A stretch of DNA of 32,000 nt, from positions 330,001 through 362,000 of the forward strand of contig CP076101.2 of the NCBI GenBank assembly GCA_015256915.3, in the 5' to 3' direction. The translations under genes and the position numbers were made by a program. The DNA comes from Candidatus Saccharimonas sp. Lineage in GTDB: Bacteria; Patescibacteriota; Saccharimonadia; Saccharimonadales; Saccharimonadaceae. The notes under the pieces were generated by a model that saw nothing but the letters and a program-made list of their open reading frames with translations, was not told where the DNA came from and did not search any database. Positions 9,150-15,670 of this stretch are shown here, piece by piece; the first letter of the stretch is position 1; every line of letters starts with the position of its first letter.

Positions 9150-9358
9150 ATAGTTTTTGTGGAAAAACAGAATTTTTTACCAAAACCAATAAAACCTCAA
9201 AGACTAGAGATACTTTAAAATTAGTAATTAAAGGTAAAAAATTTGATTATATAGTTCTGTATTTAGATGGAATAAGCCACACAATAACAGATGGGATAAA
9301 TAAATGTCAAGAACCTAAAATTATTCTTGTTCAAAAAGGGCTGAAAATCATATTTTGA
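9146..9358 (+). CDS. hypothetical protein whose TTG start overlaps the stop of the preceding small ORF
   Basis: Open frame only. The TTTTGA overlap is consistent with either translational coupling or one frameshifted gene. Confidence 0.25.
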   Translation: MNSFCGKTEFFTKTNKTSKTRDTLKLVIKGKKFDYIVLYLDGISHTITDGINKCQEPKIILVQKGLKIIF

Positions 9359-9424
9359 TTAAAAGCCAAATTCTTGAAAGATGCTGTAAATATCAACTCA
9401 CATCAACCTAACTTTTAGTTCAAG

Positions 9425-9450
9425 TCCTCAAAATTGAGGATTTTTATTTT
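9425..9450 (+). terminator. intrinsic terminator for the small plus-strand ORFs
   Basis: TCCTCA-AAAT-TGAGGA followed by TTTTTATTTT. Confidence 0.6.
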
Positions 9451-9475
9451 AAAAAACGCCAGCTTTCGCTGACGC
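9451..9475 (-). terminator. intrinsic terminator after nrdD
   Basis: Minus strand GCGTCAGC-GAAA-GCTGGCGT (two G.U pairs) followed by TTTTTT. Confidence 0.55.
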
Positions 9476-9494
9476 TAAAATAAAATACTTACTT

Positions 9495-11735
9495 TTACAT
9501 TGTCGAGCCGTTCATATGTTTCACGCGAGCGGCAATTTCTTTATGTCTCCCTTTAACCATTGGACGGGCCTGCGGGTTGCCTAAGTAGCCACAAGTTCTT
9601 TTTACGACATCACAAGTTCTTGGGTCATTATTACCACAATTTGGACATTTGAATCCTCTTTCAGTTGGTTCAAAATCCCCTTCAAAGTTGCACTTGTAAC
9701 AGCGATCAATCGGAGTATTGGTCCCTAGATAACCGACACGGTCATAGGCATAGTCCCAAACAGCTTCCAAGGCTTTAGGATTTTGTTGAAGAACTGGATA
9801 CTCACAATAGTGGATAAAGCCACCTGATGCACCTGCTTCTGGATAAACTTTTTCAAAATCCAGCTTTTCAAACGGTGTCGGATTTTTTCGAACGTCATAA
9901 TGGAAAGAGTTCGTGTAATAACCCTTATCCGTAATATCAGGAATAGAACCGAATTTCTCTGTATCTAAACGGCAAAAGCGGTCAGTTAAGCTTTCGCTCG
10001 GTGTGGAATAAACACTAAAATGATAGCCAAATTCATTAGACCAGTCTTCACAGAGTTCTTTCATTTTTCGAACGATAGAAATTGTAAATTCTTTAGCCTT
10101 AGGATTAGTTTCCCACGAACCGCCATAAAAAACTGTACCGACTTCGTAAAGACCAATATAACCAAACGAAACAGTTGCACGACGATTTTTAAAAACCTCA
10201 TCAACCGAATCTTCAGGACTCAGCCTTTTGCCAAAAGCACCATATTGATACAAAATTGGCGCATTCGCTGGTGTTGCTTCCTTAGTCCGCTCAACACGAT
10301 AAACTAGTGCGTCTTTTACAATTTGAGCACGTTCATCAAAAATCCGCCAGAATTTTTCGAAATTGCCGTCAGATTCAATCGCAATTCGCGGCAAGTTTAG
10401 AGTAACTACGCCCAAATTCATTCGGCCAGAATTTACTTCTTCACCATTCTCATCTTTCCAACCTTGAAGGAAAGAACGACAACCCATTGGGACTTTAAAT
10501 GAACCCGTAAGTTCCACAATCTTATCATAAGATAAAATATCTGGATACATTCGCTTAGTCGCACACTGCAAAGCTAATTGCTTAATGTCATAATTCGGAT
10601 CTTCACGATAAAGATTTACGCCACGTTTAAGTGTAAATACCAGCTTTGGAAAAATCGCAGTGCGCTGCGACGCACCCAAACCTTTAATACGAATGGTTAA
10701 GATGGCTTTTTGAATTTCACGTTCGAGCTCAGTTTGACCGAGCCCAAAACCGAAAGTCACAAACGGCGTTTGACCGTTTGAAGTAAAAAGCGTGTTGACT
10801 TCATACTCAAGAGATTGTATAGCATCGTAGATATCTTTACGTGTTCTTTTCCAAGCATACTCTTCCCATTTGTTACTGTCTTCAATCCACTCTTCAGCAT
10901 CTCTAAGATGTTTTTCGAAATTCTTTTTCGCATAAGGCGCGAGAAGCTCGTCAATACGGTCAGCCGAACAGCCGCCATATTGGTTTGATGCAACATTTGC
11001 GATTATTTGAGCAATTTGAGCGGCCGCTGTCTGAATTGATTTCGGACTCTCAATATCAGCGTTTCCCATTCGAAAGCCATTCTTAAGCATTCCTTTAAAA
11101 TCAATCAAACAACAGTTAGTCATTGGTTCGTAAGGGTTATAGTCAAGATCATGATAGTGGATCTCACCCTTTTGATGAGCGTTCGAAACGTGCAATGGAA
11201 GCATTTGTAAACCGATAGCTTTACCTGTAACACCAGCTGTCAAATCACGTCTCGTTGCAAAAACATCGCTATTTTTGTTTGCATTTTCATTCACCGTTGA
11301 AGGCTCTTTCGAGATCAACCGGCTAATCGTCTCATCAATTGATTGAGCACCTTCGCGTTCACGTGCTCGTTCTTCTCGATAATTGTGAAAATTATGATAA
11401 GTTGCAATGTCATTATCATAAAGCTTTCGCTCAACCAAATCTTGAATCTCTTCCACGGTAAAAACTTTTTTACCGTTCTTCACACTTTCTTTTAACTCAT
11501 CAAGTACGAAATTGCCAATTTTCAGCGATTCCATAATTGGATTAGCTGGGTCTTCACCTTCAGAGAATGTTGATTGAAAAGCTTTTTCGATCGCGTTAAA
11601 AATTCTCTCAACATCAAGTAAAACCTTACGGCCATCTCGCTTTATCACTTTAATGCCTCTAAAAGAAATCTTTATTCCTCCTAACTCTAAAGATTTTAGT
11701 TCCTGGCCACTAAATAGTTCAAGTTGTTCTTTCAT
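9495..11735 (-). CDS. nrdD: anaerobic (class III) ribonucleoside-triphosphate reductase
   Basis: N-terminal ATP-cone (VIKRDGRKVLLDVERI). C-terminal Zn ribbon CxxC...CPNCG. Glycyl-radical motif RTCGYLG. Confidence 0.92.
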   Translation of the reverse strand: MKEQLELFSGQELKSLELGGIKISFRGIKVIKRDGRKVLLDVERIFNAIEKAFQSTFSEGEDPANPIMESLKIGNFVLDELKESVKNGKKVFTVEEIQDLVERKLYDNDIATYHNFHNYREERAREREGAQSIDETISRLISKEPSTVNENANKNSDVFATRRDLTAGVTGKAIGLQMLPLHVSNAHQKGEIHYHDLDYNPYEPMTNCCLIDFKGMLKNGFRMGNADIESPKSIQTAAAQIAQIIANVASNQYGGCSADRIDELLAPYAKKNFEKHLRDAEEWIEDSNKWEEYAWKRTRKDIYDAIQSLEYEVNTLFTSNGQTPFVTFGFGLGQTELEREIQKAILTIRIKGLGASQRTAIFPKLVFTLKRGVNLYREDPNYDIKQLALQCATKRMYPDILSYDKIVELTGSFKVPMGCRSFLQGWKDENGEEVNSGRMNLGVVTLNLPRIAIESDGNFEKFWRIFDERAQIVKDALVYRVERTKEATPANAPILYQYGAFGKRLSPEDSVDEVFKNRRATVSFGYIGLYEVGTVFYGGSWETNPKAKEFTISIVRKMKELCEDWSNEFGYHFSVYSTPSESLTDRFCRLDTEKFGSIPDITDKGYYTNSFHYDVRKNPTPFEKLDFEKVYPEAGASGGFIHYCEYPVLQQNPKALEAVWDYAYDRVGYLGTNTPIDRCYKCNFEGDFEPTERGFKCPNCGNNDPRTCDVVKRTCGYLGNPQARPMVKGRHKEIAARVKHMNGSTM

Positions 11736-11807
11736 TTTTATTCACCCCGTTTTTCTATAAAATTGAATTGTAAGTATTTTTTTAAAGTTCTTCTGCTCGA
11801 CTATTTA

Positions 11808-11836
11808 ATTATAGTGCTTTTGTTTATAAAAATCAA
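11808..11836 (-). promoter_or_regulatory. nrdD promoter
   Basis: Minus strand reads TTGATT-17 nt-TATAAT, with a leader of about 70 nt. Confidence 0.5.
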
Positions 11837-11843
11837 TAAAAAA

Positions 11844-11859
11844 ACGCTATATTTAGCGT
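11844..11859. promoter_or_regulatory. 16-bp palindrome just upstream of the nrdD -35 (NrdR-box-like or second terminator)
   Basis: ACGCTATATTTAGCGT resembles the NrdR-box consensus acaCwAtATaTwGtgt. On the minus strand it is followed by T7. Confidence 0.3.
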
Positions 11860-11870
11860 GTAATATTTAC

Positions 11871-11900
11871 AACAAAATAAAACCACCTCTTTCGAGATGG
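11871..11900 (-). terminator. intrinsic terminator after the 11913-12389 gene
   Basis: Minus strand CCATCTC-GAAA-GAGGTGG followed by TTTTATTTT. Confidence 0.55.
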
Positions 11901-11912
11901 CTATTCAGTGTT

Positions 11913-12389
11913 TTATTTTTTTGGACTTTGAAAACAAGACACTGTTAAGATTAGAAGATACAAAATATTAAAAATTATTTCGACAAAAAATGGTGTAGAT
12001 ATTTTTTGCGAAATATTTGGAAAATCTGTGAAAATTATTTGCGAAGAAATAATAGCAACACAGAAAATAGATAAATCTTGTCTAAATTTTGCCTCGCCCG
12101 AAATTTTATTCAGCAAAATCACTGAAATAATTATTTCAAAAATCAGTTTCGAAAGCGACAAGATAATCTTCATCTCCGTAAATTCGCCACCAATAATCTC
12201 TAAAAAAGAAAAAAATATAACTTCTTGGTTTGCAAGCTGTTTGATTATTAATAAAATCGAGCTTAAAACCATGACCGAAGAAAGAAAAATCATCATTTTT
12301 CTATTGATTTTTTCTTTTCCAACACTTCTCGCCAAAATAATTATCGTACAAATTAGAATTACAATAATTTTTTGTATCAATGTACTCAC
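11913..12389 (-). CDS. hypothetical multi-pass membrane protein
   Basis: Hydrophobic segments and an AGGAGG at 12390-12395. The true start is probably the TTG at 12380, giving 9-nt spacing. TGaTATAAT promoter at 12410-12418. Confidence 0.5.
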   Translation of the reverse strand: MSTLIQKIIVILICTIIILARSVGKEKINRKMMIFLSSVMVLSSILLIIKQLANQEVIFFSFLEIIGGEFTEMKIILSLSKLIFEIIISVILLNKISGEAKFRQDLSIFCVAIISSQIIFTDFPNISQKISTPFFVEIIFNILYLLILTVSCFQSPKK

Positions 12390-12434
12390 CTCCTAAAAGC
12401 GATAATTGCATTATATCACTTTATTTTAAAAAAG

Positions 12435-12734
12435 TCAAATCAAAAAACCAATTGGTAAAAAGAAACTTATAATCCCACAAATAAGAGAAATTGCATAAAA
12501 TACTCGCCGATTTTCTTGCCGATTTTCAAAAAAATAAATTAGCAAAAAAGAACTAAAAACTCCAATCGGAATACTTATATTTGTTTTAGTTTTTAGCCAG
12601 ATTAAAGCAAATAAAGCACACAAAATAAGTTTCACCAAAAAAACCGAATCGCTTTCGGGATTTTTTTCGAAACCACGACGGCTTAATTTTGTGCGATTTC
12701 GTGCATAAGTTCTTTGTTTGTTATTTTTGCTCAT
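12435..12734 (-). CDS. hypothetical small membrane protein (basic N-terminus, 2-3 TM)
   Basis: Open frame with its own TGaTATAAT box 10 nt upstream of the ATG. Confidence 0.45.
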   Translation of the reverse strand: MSKNNKQRTYARNRTKLSRRGFEKNPESDSVFLVKLILCALFALIWLKTKTNISIPIGVFSSFLLIYFFENRQENRRVFYAISLICGIISFFLPIGFLI

Positions 12735-12744
12735 ATTGCTTATG

Positions 12745-12753
12745 ATTATATCA
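12745..12753 (-). promoter_or_regulatory. extended -10 box 10 nt upstream of the 12734 ATG
   Basis: Minus strand reads TGaTATAAT, then CATAAGCAAT, then ATG. There is no SD. Confidence 0.4.
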
Positions 12754-12763
12754 TATTTTTTAC

Positions 12764-12786
12764 CAAAAATAAAACCGCCCGAAGGC
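12764..12786 (-). terminator. intrinsic terminator after rpsJ
   Basis: Minus strand CGCC-TTCG-GGCG followed by GTTTTATTTTT. Confidence 0.55.
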
Positions 12787-12797
12787 GATTTTGAAAA

Positions 12798-13112
12798 TTA
12801 CATTTTGATTTCTGCATCAACCCCAGCTGGAAGGCTAAGATTTTGCAAAGAATCAATTGTTTTTGGTGTAGCGTTACTAATATCAATGAGGCGCTTATGA
12901 ACACGCATTTCGTAAGCTTCACCACCCATTTTGTAAACATGTGGGCTTTTTACTACTGTAAAAGTGCTTCGTCGTGTTGGTAGAGGCACTGGTCCTGCAA
13001 CTGTTGCACCAGTTCGAATTGCTGTATCAACAATTTGTTTTGCACTTTGGTCGATAACTTTGTGGTCGTATGCCTTTAGGCGAATACGAATTGTTAGGCC
13101 TTGTTCTGCCAT
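12798..13112 (-). CDS. rpsJ: 30S ribosomal protein S10
   Basis: Full-length S10 sequence ([16 protein letters not shown]...GPVPLPT...RLIDI). AAGGAG SD. Confidence 0.95.
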   Translation of the reverse strand: MAEQGLTIRIRLKAYDHKVIDQSAKQIVDTAIRTGATVAGPVPLPTRRSTFTVVKSPHVYKMGGEAYEMRVHKRLIDISNATPKTIDSLQNLSLPAGVDAEIKM

Positions 13113-13199
13113 TTTTTCTCCTTATTTTGCGTTTGTAACTTCTTTCGAAATTTTAAGATAACTTCGAATGAATTCTCAAACAATTTATATCACCTTAAT

Positions 13200-13228
13200 A
13201 TTTTAACATAAATCCGCCTAAAATACAA
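13200..13228 (-). promoter_or_regulatory. rpsJ promoter (about 90-nt leader)
   Basis: Minus strand reads TTGTAT-17 nt-TGtTAAAAT. Confidence 0.45.
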
Positions 13229-13340
13229 TAGAAAAATTCTCGCTTAGACGAGAGCTTTAATTAAAGGGGGCTTTTTAAGAATTACCTACATTTTTGTATA
13301 GCAAAAATATAAATGATAGGTTCATTACTAACTACATTCA

Positions 13341-13366
13341 TTAAAATAAAAAGCACCAAACGGTGC
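13341..13366 (-). terminator. intrinsic terminator after rpmG
   Basis: Minus strand GCACC-GTTT-GGTGC followed by TTTTTATTTT. Confidence 0.55.
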
Positions 13367-13372
13367 AATTTA

Positions 13373-13579
13373 TTAACCTTTTCGTGGTTTAACTTCATTT
13401 CGACCAAGAGACTTCTTAGTTTCTGTGAAGATTTCATGTTTTCGTGTCTTTGGATTATATTTTCGCAAAGAAAGTTTTTCAGGTGTATTCTGAGTATTTT
13501 TGCGAGTGTAGTAAATTCGGTCGCCAGTAATTTCACTTACAAGACCAATAATCTTTCGTTTAGTATTCTTTTTAGCCAT
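13373..13579 (-). CDS. rpmG: 50S ribosomal protein L33 (Cys-free form, short C-terminal extension)
   Basis: YYTRKNTQNTPEKLSLRKYNPKTRKHEIFTETK aligns with the L33 core (Y.T.KN.rn.peklelkKYcp.crkHt.hkE.K). The CxxC pairs are replaced. Confidence 0.85.
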   Translation of the reverse strand: MAKKNTKRKIIGLVSEITGDRIYYTRKNTQNTPEKLSLRKYNPKTRKHEIFTETKKSLGRNEVKPRKG

Positions 13580-13659
13580 AATCTCTCTTAAATTTATTAT
13601 TTACGTTCTGTTCTATTCTATCATAAGATTTCGCAAAAAGCAAGACTTTTAATCTCTTA

Positions 13660-13688
13660 TTGACTTATTTTATTTTTTATGGTATAAT
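13660..13688 (+). promoter_or_regulatory. consensus promoter 7 nt upstream of the ATG at 13696 (leaderless-type)
   Basis: TTGACT-17 nt-TGgTATAAT, then TTTGATT, then ATG. The track start at 13660 is actually the -35 hexamer. Confidence 0.55.
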
Positions 13689-13695
13689 TTTGATT

Positions 13696-13950
13696 ATGAA
13701 CAATTTTTTAAAATTTATACAAAAAACTTTAAACAATTCAAATGAACGCATTGTGCTACAAAGATTTTATTTATTTATAGCATTATTCGGATTCATTATC
13801 GCAAGTTTTTTAAATATTTTCGAAAATTCAATTAGTAAAATTATCTTAATGATGGTTATTGCTGCAATTTCCATATTTTTTGTAAATGCAATAATATGGG
13901 TTATCGGTGAAGCTTTAAAGAGTAACTTTCTAAAAAATAATAAGAAATAG
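13696..13950 (+). CDS. hypothetical small membrane protein (84 aa)
   Basis: Two hydrophobic helices. The start is reassigned to the ATG directly downstream of the promoter. Confidence 0.45.
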   Translation: MNNFLKFIQKTLNNSNERIVLQRFYLFIALFGFIIASFLNIFENSISKIILMMVIAAISIFFVNAIIWVIGEALKSNFLKNNKK

Positions 13951-13974
13951 CTATATTAAACTTTTATTATGCAA

Positions 13975-14157
13975 CTAAAATAGAACCGTTTCTTTAATCC
14001 AAAGTTGTTCGTAATCTTCATTTTCTAAACTGAGCTGGTTCGAAATTCTAATCATTTCATCAAGACGCTCAACTTCATCTTCAATATCGAACTTATCTAA
14101 AACTTTAAAGAAATATTTATCTCCAATTCTATACTTCATTATCGTTACTGTTTTCAT
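13975..14157 (-). CDS. hypothetical small acidic protein (60 aa)
   Basis: Open frame preceded by GGAGGG and by the TTGACA-17-TATAAT promoter at 14200-14228. Confidence 0.4.
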   Translation of the reverse strand: MKTVTIMKYRIGDKYFFKVLDKFDIEDEVERLDEMIRISNQLSLENEDYEQLWIKETVLF

Positions 14158-14199
14158 AGCCCTCCATAAGAATTATTTTTAGATAAAATATACCTAATT

Positions 14200-14228
14200 A
14201 TTATATATTAAAAACCTTAATTTGTCAA
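14200..14228 (-). promoter_or_regulatory. promoter for the 60-aa ORF
   Basis: Minus strand reads TTGACA-17 nt-TATAAT. Confidence 0.45.
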
Positions 14229-14261
14229 CAGAAGCCTCGATTTGATACCTAAATATTCATA

Positions 14262-14291
14262 TTGACATTGATATAATTTATATGATATAAT
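14262..14291 (+). promoter_or_regulatory. tRNA-Thr promoter
   Basis: TTGACA-18 nt-TGaTATAAT ends 10 nt before the mature tRNA 5' end. Confidence 0.55.
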
Positions 14292-14301
14292 TCATTTATT
14301 C

Positions 14302-14377
14302 GCCGCGATAGCTCAGTTGGTAGAGCGCATCCATGGTAAGGATGAGGTCTCGGGTTCAAGCCCCGATCGTGGCTCCA
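14302..14377 (+). tRNA. tRNA-Thr (anticodon GGU), CCA encoded
   Basis: Hand-folded cloverleaf: 7-bp acceptor stem (one G.U), D arm GCTC/GAGC, anticodon arm CATCC-ATGGTAA-GGATG, T arm TCGGG-TTCAAGC-CCCGA, discriminator T plus CCA. 76 nt. Confidence 0.92.
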
Positions 14378-14417
14378 AGAGATTCTTTATTTCTTGGCAG
14401 TCTACGAAAATCAAATA

Positions 14418-14458
14418 CCGCACTCTGTTAATACATAAAGATGCGGCTTTTTATTTTT
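14418..14458 (+). terminator. terminator after tRNA-Thr
   Basis: CCGCA(C)TCT...AGATGCGG hairpin followed by CTTTTTATTTTT. Confidence 0.5.
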
Positions 14459-14500
14459 CCGATCAAGGAAATTTATAGATGAGTATAAATTACCTCTGGA

Positions 14501-15604
14501 TTAATAAAATCGCGTAAAAAAATTATATGCCTTACCAGTCCCTTTACTAATCATCCAGTCAAAAGCACTTCCGACGGTTTGAGCGGTCTTTTCACTACCA
14601 CCGTTGATAATATTTCCGGCAATATTTCGAATATGTGTAGTTGGTGCGGTCAAAAGTCCAGCTTTCCAAAGAGTTGTGAATTTATCCCATTTTGAGCTTG
14701 GAATTTGATCCCTTACTTCCCGAATAGCTTCACCAATCGCAATTCTTCGCGCTCGAATCTCTTTCAAATCACCTTCCGGCATCGCATAAGCTTCCCGTAG
14801 TTTTCCCAAGAATTCTGCTCGTTGCTCTGGTGTGATGTTAATTTGCTTGTTTGGCTTGTCCTTCATCTTGTCGTTGTAACTTTCAACTTCACGCATTGTA
14901 CTCATCAACACACCTTCAGGGGTTGTTCTTCGCATTAAGTTCAAAGCTTGCACGGTTCGCCCAGCTTCTGTTGCTTTTTTCGCAAGTTCAACATAGAGTT
15001 CACTTGCTTTTAGATCATCACCCATTGCTTGGTAGTGTTTGGCTAGAGCAATTCCTTTAGCCATAGTTTCATCATTTGCTACACGGGTATTTTCTAGTTC
15101 ATTAAACACTCTTTCTGGGCTTTCTTGTACAGATTTAGCTGCCTTGTTCCATAGTTCACTGTTCTTTTTTGGTGTATATTTCAAAGATTCATCACCAGCA
15201 TGCATTAATTTCACAAAGTCTTTTGGTGGCGTGTCTGTATCTAATACAGTTTCAGCGAATTTGCGGGTTTTTTGGTCTGTTTCAGCTAAATCACCTTTCG
15301 AATCTTGAGCAATCTTATAAACTGGATTTTCGTTATATACTGGTGCATTCTGCTTGTAGTTTTGGGCAAATTTACCAGTTTCAGCTTGTGCATAGAATTG
15401 TTTTAAAGTGTCTTGCTGTAATCCCAAAATACCCTTGATTGCTTCCACGATTCTGTCGTAGACTGCAAGCACTCTTGGTGGAATTCCTAATTTTGCACCA
15501 AGTCGTTGACTATCTTCACCAGCTAAAATACCGTTATAGTAATCACTAAAGCCATCTGCTAGATACTCTTCCGCAAAAAGGTTTGCACGCTCTTCGGGGT
15601 TCAT
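14501..15604 (-). CDS. C-terminal 367-aa part of the giant protein (as called in the track)
   Basis: Begins MNPEERANLFAEEYLADG, which looks like the glutamate-containing helix downstream of HExxH in ImmA/IrrE-like zincins. Only a weak SD (AGG) precedes its ATG. Confidence 0.5.
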   Translation of the reverse strand: MNPEERANLFAEEYLADGFSDYYNGILAGEDSQRLGAKLGIPPRVLAVYDRIVEAIKGILGLQQDTLKQFYAQAETGKFAQNYKQNAPVYNENPVYKIAQDSKGDLAETDQKTRKFAETVLDTDTPPKDFVKLMHAGDESLKYTPKKNSELWNKAAKSVQESPERVFNELENTRVANDETMAKGIALAKHYQAMGDDLKASELYVELAKKATEAGRTVQALNLMRRTTPEGVLMSTMREVESYNDKMKDKPNKQINITPEQRAEFLGKLREAYAMPEGDLKEIRARRIAIGEAIREVRDQIPSSKWDKFTTLWKAGLLTAPTTHIRNIAGNIINGGSEKTAQTVGSAFDWMISKGTGKAYNFFTRFY

Positions 15605-15670
15605 ATTAGCGACCTGTTGTGCGTAATTTTCACCATATTTTGCGTTTAGAGCTTCATCACCAACAGTATT

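Noticed and set aside
9414-9430. GTTCAAGTCC, resembling a tRNA T-arm, as a possible tRNA fragment or att remnant
   Set aside because: The flanking bases cannot form a T stem (TTTAG versus CCTCA). The segment is better explained as part of the plus-strand terminator hairpin at 9425-9450.
11801-11818. Second NrdR box overlapping the nrdD -10 (CACTATAATTAAATAGT)
   Set aside because: Only the left half matches the consensus, the half-site spacing is wrong, and the centre-to-centre distance to the first box (roughly 40-45 bp) differs from the usual 31-32 bp.
12028-12396. 122-aa plus-strand ORF overlapping the 11913-12389 minus-strand ORF
   Set aside because: The minus-strand frame has an AGGAGG SD, a TGaTATAAT promoter and a downstream terminator. 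The plus-strand frame has none of these.
13282-13591. 84-aa and 92-aa ORFs overlapping rpmG
   Set aside because: The L33 frame is recognisable by homology. The overlapping frames are AT-rich chance ORFs.
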